Positions 52,715 through 60,313 of a stretch of 64,000 nt of DNA are shown piece by piece. Numbering within the stretch: position 1 is the first letter of the stretch; each line of letters opens with the position of its first letter. Under the pieces are notes generated by a model. The model saw nothing but the letters and a program-made list of their open reading frames with translations. It had not been told where the DNA came from and searched no databases. This DNA is from Oscillospiraceae bacterium. Its GTDB lineage: Bacteria; Bacillota; Clostridia; Oscillospirales; UBA929. Where the stretch lies: contig WRAI01000004.1 of NCBI GenBank assembly GCA_009780275.1, positions 21,212-85,211 on the forward strand. The letters are read 5' to 3'. The position numbers were made by a program, and so were the translations under genes.

Positions 52715-53440
52715 ATGCGTATGGATAAACGAGTTGCGTTGATTACCGGCGTTGAGGGCGTGATGGGTGTTGAGATTGTTAAGCATATGGCACGCAAGGG
52801 ATATGCTATTGCGTTGGCATGTTGTGATGACTTTGATAAGGCACGTGCGCTTGAGCGGCTATGTGCCGTACAGGGTGTGGAGACCTTGCTGCTGTCGGGC
52901 GATATTAACGTTAGCGGCACTTGCAGCAAGTGGATTGCTGACATTTTGACGTTTTTCCAGCGGTTGGATGTGTTGATATGCAATGTGGGTTACAACAGTG
53001 AGGGGCAATGGTTTAACGTTATTGATGATGCCGATTTTTTGCCCGGCGCGCAAAATGAAATTCACGGACTTGTGGATTTAATCCAAGCGGCGGCGTGGCC
53101 AATGGAACAGGGCAAGCAAGGGCGAATGATTACGGTATCTTTGCCGTGCGGGTTGGTCAGCAAATCGCGCGACGAATTGTTGACTTCTGCCGTTGAAGGC
53201 ATGACGCGCACCAAGGCAAAGGAGCTTGCCAAGCACAACATTACAGTTAATGCTGTTTTGCCCGGCGTGATTGATTTTCCCAACCATGTTGTCCGCAGCG
53301 ACAATGCGCTGCTCGACATTCCGCTGAGCAGGTTGGGCAAGCCGTCAGAAGTGACCGAGGCTGTCGATTATTTACTGTCGCCTGCGGCGGCGTATGTAAC
53401 GGGGTTGTCGTTAGCTGTAGATGGGGGCGTAAGGCTTTAA
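52715..53440 (+). CDS. SDR family oxidoreductase
   Basis: 241 aa short-chain dehydrogenase fold (..ALITGVEGVMG.., ..NAVLPG..); the glycine motif is degenerate. Confidence 0.75.
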   Translation: MRMDKRVALITGVEGVMGVEIVKHMARKGYAIALACCDDFDKARALERLCAVQGVETLLLSGDINVSGTCSKWIADILTFFQRLDVLICNVGYNSEGQWFNVIDDADFLPGAQNEIHGLVDLIQAAAWPMEQGKQGRMITVSLPCGLVSKSRDELLTSAVEGMTRTKAKELAKHNITVNAVLPGVIDFPNHVVRSDNALLDIPLSRLGKPSEVTEAVDYLLSPAAAYVTGLSLAVDGGVRL

Positions 53441-53456
53441 TTTTTTTGAATCAATA

Positions 53457-53489
53457 AGGCGGCAGTTATACAACTGCCGCCTGTTTTTT
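53457..53489 (+). terminator. rho-independent terminator
   Basis: AGGCGGCAGTT-atac-AACTGCCGCCT followed by GTTTTTTG. Confidence 0.9.
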
Positions 53490-53501
53490 GCGTAATATAC
53501 C

Positions 53502-53693
53502 CTACGGCAACCCGCGTTCATCCTCGCTAATGAGAATTTCACCGTGTTCTCTCTCGAATTCATCAATACACTTTTCCGCGAGAAATTCAAGTTGTGCGTT
53601 GAGAGAGCGGCGGTTTCTCTTCGCGATTTTGGTAATTTTAATATGCATATCTTCTTCAAAGCGAATTCCGGTCTGTATTCTATGATTATACAT
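53502..53693 (-). CDS. Arc/CopG-type ribbon-helix-helix DNA-binding protein
   Basis: 63 aa; ..IRFEEDMHIKITKIAKRNRRSLNAQLEFLAEKCIDEFE.. fits the beta-strand plus two-helix RHH pattern. Confidence 0.7.
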   Translation of the reverse strand: MYNHRIQTGIRFEEDMHIKITKIAKRNRRSLNAQLEFLAEKCIDEFEREHGEILISEDERGLP

Positions 53694-53801
53694 GGTAGCA
53701 GCTCCTTTGCATTATGCTACCACTATGGTACACTACGAAGGCTTGACTTGCAGCTAACTATATGTTATCGTGTTGTTATCGAAAATTGGGAGGACGCGTT
53801 T

Positions 53802-53979
53802 ATGAAGCAATTCACTATTGAACTGAATGAAAAGGCGTATAAGTGGATAGCGCACATTGCCGAAGTGACGGGAAAGCCCGAGGAAACTGATTGCCAGTGG
53901 GGTGTATGGTCAAATCAGCAGGGTTAGCGATGGCGTTGTCAGAGCCTTTACGTGGCATGATTATCATGACGAAGAGTAG
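53802..53979 (+). pseudogene. small RHH-like gene apparently disrupted by a +1 frameshift
   Basis: ATG 53802 (GGGAGG 8 nt upstream) gives MKQFTIELNEKAYKWIAHIAEVTGKPEE, then stops at 53925-53927. Shifting one nt at GAGGAAACTG restores ..EELIASGVYGQISRVSDGVVRAFTWHDYHDEE, ending TAG 53977-53979 inside the terminator. Confidence 0.4.
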
Positions 53980-54010
53980 GAGCCGGTTAAATAACCGGCT
54001 CCTACTCTTC
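53971..54010. terminator. bidirectional terminator, perfect 18-bp stem
   Basis: GAAGAGTAGGAGCCGGTT-aaat-AACCGGCTCCTACTCTTC; includes the last codons of both convergent genes. Confidence 0.8.
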
Positions 54011-55342
54011 GTCTTCTTTGGGAATCCACTTTTTGCCCAACACTCGCGGCATAAATATTGCGCTTCGCGCTACCCAGTCGCCAGCCATCGCCAGCCAAAT
54101 GCCGATCAGCCCTAAGTTCAAATATCGTCCCAAGAACCACGCGCCGAACAACCGCACGATAAACAGCGAGCCTAGGGACGCGACAACGGTGTAGCGCACA
54201 TCGCCCGCTCCGCGCAAGGCATTTGGCCCCACGAAGCCAGGTGCCCAAAAAAGCGGCATTGTGGCAGCGAGCAGTAAAATGACTGTGCGTGCCAAAGAGG
54301 TGATCTCGTCTTGATATTGTGCGGCTTGTCCCATATTCATGTTGATGAGTGTATTCATCAGCGGGAGAGTGAGCAGTGCTGCACCGGTTTGTAACAGGCA
54401 CGCCAGCCCAATCATTTTGAGCATATACTTCCGCGCTTCGTCGTAGCGTTTCGCACCGTAGGCTTGGCCAACCATGGTGACGACTATCGTCATGACCGCT
54501 CCGCCCGGCAGCAAAATCAGCGCGGCGACGTTGGAACCTACCATATTGGCGTTGAGGACGATGTCGCCCATGTCGGCCATAAAAACCATAACCAACAGCT
54601 TTGTGCCGCTGAAAAAGAAAGCGTCCAGGCTGGCGGGGATTGAGATGCGCAGCACAGGCGCGAGTAGCGCGGCCTTGAGCTTAAAAGTGATTTTTGACAA
54701 GTAAATCGTTCCGATGCCGCGCCATTGCAAAAACACCAACACGCCCGCCGCTGCCAAGCGGTTGGCAACCATACCCCAGCCGAGCGCGTCGATGTCCATG
54801 CCCAACCCGCGGCAGGCGTATATTGTGGCAATCAACGCGATGTTGCCTATAATGGAAGCCAGCATGGGGCCGACGTTATTGCCCGTAGCGCGCATTAAGC
54901 CTGCCAAGCCCGAATACGCTGCCCAAAGCGGCATTGACAGCGCAATGTAACGGAAATAGATGTTGGTCTGTGCGATGGTCTCGGTGCCTGCGCCGCCAAA
55001 AAGCAGGCCGATGAGCGGATTGCCAAACAGGGCAAGCAGCACAGAAACGACCGTTACGCCCATAACCAATGCCATAATGGCCTGCATGGCTGTTTGGCCC
55101 GCCGTTTTCACGTCGCCGCCGCCAATGCGCTGTGACACAACGACAGTAATGCCTGATGAGTACGCCATCAACAGCCCGATAAAAAGAAAATTGACAGGGT
55201 TAACCAACCCCACAGCGCTTGTGGCACTGGCCGAAATGCCGGTTGCCATAGCTGTCGAGATAATCATAGCCGCTGTGGCAAGCAACGATTCGAGCATGAC
55301 CGGCCACAGCATTTTGAAAGTGGCTTTGCGGTTAAATATCAT
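54002..55342 (-). CDS. MATE family efflux transporter
   Basis: About 446 aa with 12 TM-like segments and a typical N-terminus ..MLWPVMLESLL.. Start uncertain: ATG 55342 or TTG 55378. Confidence 0.88.
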   Translation of the reverse strand: MIFNRKATFKMLWPVMLESLLATAAMIISTAMATGISASATSAVGLVNPVNFLFIGLLMAYSSGITVVVSQRIGGGDVKTAGQTAMQAIMALVMGVTVVSVLLALFGNPLIGLLFGGAGTETIAQTNIYFRYIALSMPLWAAYSGLAGLMRATGNNVGPMLASIIGNIALIATIYACRGLGMDIDALGWGMVANRLAAAGVLVFLQWRGIGTIYLSKITFKLKAALLAPVLRISIPASLDAFFFSGTKLLVMVFMADMGDIVLNANMVGSNVAALILLPGGAVMTIVVTMVGQAYGAKRYDEARKYMLKMIGLACLLQTGAALLTLPLMNTLINMNMGQAAQYQDEITSLARTVILLLAATMPLFWAPGFVGPNALRGAGDVRYTVVASLGSLFIVRLFGAWFLGRYLNLGLIGIWLAMAGDWVARSAIFMPRVLGKKWIPKEDEE

Positions 55343-55439
55343 AAAAAATAGTATAGCATGATTTTTATGATACGACAAGTAGGTGGTGCGGTTTCACGCC
55401 TGTTTATACGTTTGCATTGTTGTGAGTGGAAGAAACTGC

Positions 55440-55469
55440 TTGACAATATATAGTGCGTTATGCTACAAT
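55440..55469 (+). promoter_or_regulatory. extended -10 sigma-A promoter
   Basis: TTGACA (55440-55445), 18 nt, TGcTACAAT (55461-55469). Confidence 0.65.
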
Positions 55470-55551
55470 ATGACAAGATTTTACCCCCTATTTAGTGATT
55501 GGCATGTGTTGCCGATATTGGGGACAAACTACTGTAATGTAGGAGAAAATT

Positions 55552-56235
55552 ATGAAAATCATCAACGAAAAAGGCAAACTCTTTGGATTGATTAACTTGG
55601 TTGACCTGTTGATGCTTGTGACCTTGGCTGTTGTCGTTGTTGCAGGCGCGGTATTTTTCCTTGGCGGCGGCGAATATGGCTATGGTGCGGCAAAGCAAGA
55701 GGAAGCATCGGAACCGTACTTTGTGGAGGTAGCGTTTACTGTGCAGGTGCAAAATGTTCGGCCCGAGGTGGCTGAGAATTTGCTTGCCGCTATTCCGCGC
55801 TTTACCAACACCCCGTATGTAGTGGGTGCAGATTACTTGCCAAACTTTTTCTTTGTCGATGCGTGGAGTGAGCCGACTGTTGTCTTGGGGTCGACCGCCG
55901 ACGGTGAGCCTGTTGCGACCGTAGATCCGCGCGGACATCAAGATGTGTGGTTTGAGTCGCGTGGCTTGCTCCTGGAGCCGGAAGTTCCCATTTACTCTAT
56001 GATTTCACAGGAAATTCGTCTTGGGCAACGGTTTTGGGTCAAGTCGCGGCTCATTGAAGCCGATGGCACATTGGTTGATTTTGTGGTGAGTGACCCCATT
56101 CATCTTGATGACATTGATTTTGAATTTGGGCATCATCTTGAAGAAGGTGAAGAATTTAGTATAGATGATCCCGCAACTTGGGGCTGGGAGCCAGACCCAT
56201 CTGTTGTCATTATCGACCGCGGGCAACGCGGTTAG
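55552..56235 (+). CDS. DUF4330-like membrane-anchored protein
   Basis: N-terminus MKIINEKGKLFGLINLVDLLMLV.. is characteristic of DUF4330; followed 3 nt later by an O-antigen-ligase-like gene. Confidence 0.6.
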   Translation: MKIINEKGKLFGLINLVDLLMLVTLAVVVVAGAVFFLGGGEYGYGAAKQEEASEPYFVEVAFTVQVQNVRPEVAENLLAAIPRFTNTPYVVGADYLPNFFFVDAWSEPTVVLGSTADGEPVATVDPRGHQDVWFESRGLLLEPEVPIYSMISQEIRLGQRFWVKSRLIEADGTLVDFVVSDPIHLDDIDFEFGHHLEEGEEFSIDDPATWGWEPDPSVVIIDRGQRG

Positions 56236-56238
56236 CCT

Positions 56239-57807
56239 ATGCAACAGCTGCAAACATGGAAATATAGTGTAACCCATCGCTGTACGGCATGGGTCACGCG
56301 TGTTGCCAAGCAGAGTGTGTTTTATCAAGTATTGCAGGCAATGGTGCGTATGTTCACGCAATCTTATACTGCTGGTATTGTTTGCCGTTTGCTGCGGCGT
56401 GATTGTGCGACAGCGCATTCGCGCTATGCGAGGATTGTGCGGCATGCAGACAACAGGCTTCGCCCTGCGGGTGAGGCAATCAAGCGCGGTTGGACAAACA
56501 GTTTACTCGGGCGGCTTGCCCATGCTTTGCGGTGGCGTGAGGCGCGTGACAACAGCCTGTTGGCCTTTTCTGTGCGGCGAACATGTTTGGTGGTGTTGGC
56601 ATTATATTTGCCTATAGATGTTATTCTGCGCGCCGTGTCACCCACGCCGCTGGTTCCCGCGTTGTGGGATGCCGTGTTGTTTGCCGTGGGCATTGCGATT
56701 GTTCTCGCGCGGCGCATGCAATCAAATCGCACAATTGATGGCATTACCGGCATTGATGCGCCGATGCTTTTCTTTATGGCAATTGGCGTATTCTTGTGGT
56801 TGGTCAATTCGCCTGATATGTTGATTGGCTTTACGGGTTTGCGTACAGTGATTCAGTTTATGCTTTTCTTTTTCTTTGTGACATGGCTGGTTGAGACGCG
56901 TGAGGACATTAAATTTTTTCTATACCCATTTTTGGTGTTGGGCTTAATTGTGGCGTTTCACGGCATTTGGCAGTACGCCACAGGCGTGCCGATGCCGGGA
57001 CGTTGGGTTACCGGCGTTGAAAATGAATTTATTCGCACGCGGGCTTTTTCATTCATTGGCAGTCCCAATGTTATGGGTTCATTGCTTATTCTATGGGTTC
57101 CATTGATGGCGGCAATGGCGTACAGGTGGAAGAGTTTTTATCTGAAAGTTGTGGCGTGGGCAGGCGTAGGTGCGATGGCGTTGGCGAGTGTGTTAACCTT
57201 TTCGCGCGGCGGGTGGATTGGTTTGGCCGTTGCGTTGCTATTGTTTGCGCTGATTGTTGACCGCCGATTGTTGCTCTTGTTGGGCGGTGCAATACTGCTT
57301 GCGATGTCAATTCCGGCGGTGGGCGGGCGCATTGCTTTTATGTTCTCGGAAGATTTTCGTGCGGCGTCGGCGCTGGCAGGGCGCGATATGCGTTGGGATT
57401 TTGGTATGAATCTATGGCGCGAGGGCAATGTTTGGCTTGGATTCGGTTTGGGTCGCTTTGGCGGTGCGACGGCAATGAACAACCAAGTTATCCCTGAAAT
57501 GAATTATTTTTATATGGATAACTATTATGTCAAGACGCTTGTCGAGATGGGTTTGCTTGGTTTGCTGAGCTTTATTTTCCTTTGCCTAAGTGGCTTGTGG
57601 AACGCCGCGCGAAGCATTTTCGCCACGCGGGAAAATCGTACTGATAAAGTATTACCTGCCGCGATTTTTTGTGGTGCGGTGGGCATCTTGGTGCATTGCT
57701 TTTTTGAAAATGTCTTTGAAGTGCCGTATATGGTGGCGTATTTTTGGGCATTGTTGGCAATTAGCGGGCGGTGGGCTGCATTAATAAAGACAGAAAAAGC
57801 GGCATGA
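56239..57807 (+). CDS. O-antigen ligase / Wzy_C family membrane protein
   Basis: Polytopic protein with a ..TFSRGGWIGLAVALLLF.. loop typical of the Wzy_C domain. Confidence 0.7.
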   Translation: MQQLQTWKYSVTHRCTAWVTRVAKQSVFYQVLQAMVRMFTQSYTAGIVCRLLRRDCATAHSRYARIVRHADNRLRPAGEAIKRGWTNSLLGRLAHALRWREARDNSLLAFSVRRTCLVVLALYLPIDVILRAVSPTPLVPALWDAVLFAVGIAIVLARRMQSNRTIDGITGIDAPMLFFMAIGVFLWLVNSPDMLIGFTGLRTVIQFMLFFFFVTWLVETREDIKFFLYPFLVLGLIVAFHGIWQYATGVPMPGRWVTGVENEFIRTRAFSFIGSPNVMGSLLILWVPLMAAMAYRWKSFYLKVVAWAGVGAMALASVLTFSRGGWIGLAVALLLFALIVDRRLLLLLGGAILLAMSIPAVGGRIAFMFSEDFRAASALAGRDMRWDFGMNLWREGNVWLGFGLGRFGGATAMNNQVIPEMNYFYMDNYYVKTLVEMGLLGLLSFIFLCLSGLWNAARSIFATRENRTDKVLPAAIFCGAVGILVHCFFENVFEVPYMVAYFWALLAISGRWAALIKTEKAA

Positions 57808-57864
57808 TGTCTTAGGAGCAGTATTCTGCAGCTCTACAAGATAAAATTTTTTTGCAAATACATA

Positions 57865-57896
57865 TTGACGATTGCCAATGTATATGATATCATATA
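57865..57896 (+). promoter_or_regulatory. arsR promoter with an overlapping 16-bp perfect palindrome (candidate operator)
   Basis: TTGACG (57865-57870), 17 nt, TATCAT (57888-57893). The palindrome TATATGAT|ATCATATA (57881-57896) covers the -10. Confidence 0.6.
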
Positions 57897-57922
57897 GACA
57901 GTCTTCGATGTGAGGTGCAACT

Positions 57923-58246
57923 ATGGACAATCAAAAACTAGAACAAGTCACCCGTTTGAAAGCATTGGCTGATCCCAATCGTTTGCAAATTCTCCGTGTG
58001 TTGGCGCGCAATGAAAACTGTGACTGCGATGAAAATTGTGCTTGTCACTTATTGGAGAATGCTAATGTGTCGCAGCCTACGCTATCGCATCATATGAAAA
58101 TTTTGTGTGATTGCGGCATTGTGCTGGGGTGCAAAGCGGGGAAGTGGATGCACTACCGGCTCAATCGTGACGTCATCAATGAACTGACGGCGTTCTTGGA
58201 TGGATTGTGGAATACAAACGAAGGCTGTTTATGCAAAAGGAGGTGA
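57923..58246 (+). CDS. ArsR/SmtB family metal-sensing transcriptional repressor
   Basis: 107 aa. ..LKALADPNRLQILRVL.. and recognition helix ..VSQPTLSHHMKIL.. Cys-rich: CDCDENCAC, CDC, C, CLC. Confidence 0.9.
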   Translation: MDNQKLEQVTRLKALADPNRLQILRVLARNENCDCDENCACHLLENANVSQPTLSHHMKILCDCGIVLGCKAGKWMHYRLNRDVINELTAFLDGLWNTNEGCLCKRR

Positions 58247-58251
58247 ATGTC

Positions 58252-58341
58252 ATGCTGAAAGAGAATAAATGTGATTGCCCGTGCGGTTGCGGTGAAGTTT
58301 GCAGATGCACACCTAACTGCGGTTGTGGTTGCAAGGGTTAA
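58252..58341 (+). CDS. unannotated 29-aa cysteine-rich peptide (metallothionein-like)
   Basis: AGGAGGTG (58238-58245), 6 nt, ATG 58252. Encodes MLKENKCDCPCGCGEVCRCTPNCGCGCKG, ends TAA 58339-58341, and is followed immediately by a strong terminator. Confidence 0.55.
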   Translation: MLKENKCDCPCGCGEVCRCTPNCGCGCKG

Positions 58342-58379
58342 GCAGAAATCCCCACGAAAGTTTCGTGGGGATTTCTGCT
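58341..58379 (+). terminator. strong hairpin terminator of the arsR-peptide unit
   Basis: AGCAGAAATCCCCACG-aaagttt-CGTGGGGATTTCTGCT (16-bp perfect stem). Confidence 0.8.
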
Positions 58380-58526
58380 ATCTTGTAGTTTATGAAAAGC
58401 AAAGCACTACATATCGTTTGAGCTAAAATACCGGTTGACGGAAATAGATAAGTATGATATTTTGAGGTATACCATTCTTTACTTATGTCATCCGGCGCGA
58501 AGCAAAAACAGAAGGGAGGGGAGAGA

Positions 58527-59408
58527 ATGGCAAGTCATTTTCGTCCGCCAAAGCCTCCGCCAAAAGGCCCATTAAAACCGACTGTTGCGCCTGGCGGCAG
58601 TATGCCTCCTGTCATGGCGCCGTTAGATGAAAGAACCTCTCATGACACTATTGATGATAAAAAGACGCTTGAAATGCTACCGGACACGCCTTTGCCATGC
58701 CCGCCGGAACCTGAAATAGCACATGCAAAAACCTCAGAGCAAGAAGAGCTGTCCTCCCTCTATGTTGCCATTGACTATCAAATGCTGAATGGTCGCATTA
58801 AAGGTGGTTTGATACAGATATTCCGGCGCTTTCTTTTTAAATCACGCATTTCCGGCATTCTTTTCTATGCGGTTTTGGCTCTTTTTCTTGTTGTTGTGGG
58901 CATTTTCAGCGGCGTTGGCGATGATTCCCCACGTTATTTCTTTGGGTTTTCTGCGTTGAGAGTCATCAGCGATAGTATGGACAGCGAAATTCCGATGAAC
59001 TCATTGATTATTATCCGCAGTGTTGACCCAGATGCAGTCCGCGTTGGCGATGATATTACATTTACCGATAGCCGCAACCGCACGATTACACATAGGGTCA
59101 TTGAAATTATCGAGGATTACGAGGGAATAGGAGAACGAGGCTTTCAAACGCAAGGTGTTGATAATATTCGCCCGGACAGAGAGATTGTCGTACCTGATAC
59201 CATTGCAGGGCGCGTGGTGTTTCACAATTTATTCCTTGGCAGGTTGTCAAGATTTATTTCTCAAAACGCGTTCCTCGTCAGTGTGTTCAGTATACTGTTT
59301 GTCGGGTTAATTGTGGCATTGAAGGTCTTTCTGTTGCCCGGCAGAGGGAAATTGCCGCAAACGCCTGGGCTTAATCTAAGCAATTCGTTTGCAAGCAAGG
59401 TCGAGTAG
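58527..59408 (+). CDS. SipW-type (S26B) signal peptidase I with a Pro-rich N-terminal extension
   Basis: Catalytic Ser in ISDSMDSEIP and His in ITHRVIEI; single TM. About 130 N-terminal residues are rich in P/K/E. ATG 58527 preceded by GGGAGGGGAG. Confidence 0.85.
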   Translation: MASHFRPPKPPPKGPLKPTVAPGGSMPPVMAPLDERTSHDTIDDKKTLEMLPDTPLPCPPEPEIAHAKTSEQEELSSLYVAIDYQMLNGRIKGGLIQIFRRFLFKSRISGILFYAVLALFLVVVGIFSGVGDDSPRYFFGFSALRVISDSMDSEIPMNSLIIIRSVDPDAVRVGDDITFTDSRNRTITHRVIEIIEDYEGIGERGFQTQGVDNIRPDREIVVPDTIAGRVVFHNLFLGRLSRFISQNAFLVSVFSILFVGLIVALKVFLLPGRGKLPQTPGLNLSNSFASKVE

Positions 59409-59414
59409 CATAAT

Positions 59415-59446
59415 AAAAAGGTAAGCGAGGCATCACTTGCCTTTTT
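59415..59446. terminator. bidirectional rho-independent terminator
   Basis: AAAAAGGTAAG-cgaggcatca-CTTGCCTTTTT. Confidence 0.75.
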
Positions 59447-59455
59447 ACTATGTGA

Positions 59456-60223
59456 TCATATTTTTCGCGCGACAACAACCAACCTATAATCTGGTCGTGA
59501 GTTGATACAGGTTGAAAGTGTAATCAGTTTATCGCCATAGACCGCAGTAAGGCCTGTGTCATACAGGGAAAGCTCGATACAGCGGCGCAGAAAGTCGTCA
59601 AATTCAGCTTCGTCTGCGGCATTGACAAATTGGTGATATGGAAATTGAGTCGGGTTAGCGATAAAGATAAGGATGATTTCATACATGCCGAACCCGGCGC
59701 GTGTGTCGAAAGTAATCAGTGAATGCTCAGCAAAAAAGGATTGTTGTCTGTAATTCAGCAATTGGCCAAACATGCGGTCATTGCCCATGTTGTGCGCGAA
59801 AATGGTAATGTTGTCGCTGTGTGGATCGATGGAGGCGTGTTCGAAGATATAAGGTGTGCCGAATCGACAATCTTCACCCTCGAAATTGCGTCGCAAATAG
59901 AAATTCGGGCGATCAGGCGTGTGCATAACGGGATAGTTTATGTTTGTGCCGTCAATGGTAATCCACCCTATCATATCAGGGTTTTGCGTGAATAGCATGC
60001 CGTATTGGTCATATGTTGTCCATACGGGCGGTGGCGTGTCATTAGGCACTTGCGGCGGCAGCGATGGCGGTCGTTCGATTTGTGATGCCAGCGCGTTAAA
60101 TTGTGCGCGGACATCGCGCTGCTCGGAAAAGTAGCGCCAAAGTTGCACGCCTGAAACGACGAAGACGCCAGCCAGCAGAATGATGATAATTGTCCAAATA
60201 TATGAGCGCCGTCGGCGTGCCAT
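59456..60223 (-). CDS. srtB: class B sortase
   Basis: N-terminal anchor, ..GWITIDGTNINYPVM.., His in IFAHN, catalytic Cys in LITLSTC, Arg in YRLVVVARK. ATG 60223 preceded by GGAGGT at 7 nt. Confidence 0.88.
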   Translation of the reverse strand: MARRRRSYIWTIIIILLAGVFVVSGVQLWRYFSEQRDVRAQFNALASQIERPPSLPPQVPNDTPPPVWTTYDQYGMLFTQNPDMIGWITIDGTNINYPVMHTPDRPNFYLRRNFEGEDCRFGTPYIFEHASIDPHSDNITIFAHNMGNDRMFGQLLNYRQQSFFAEHSLITFDTRAGFGMYEIILIFIANPTQFPYHQFVNAADEAEFDDFLRRCIELSLYDTGLTAVYGDKLITLSTCINSRPDYRLVVVARKI

Positions 60224-60313
60224 TGCAGCTACCTCCATGGAATAAGTTGATACTTTTATTATACGGCATTATCACCAGAAAGGCAATAGTGGCGCAAATG
60301 TATGCTTTTTTGC

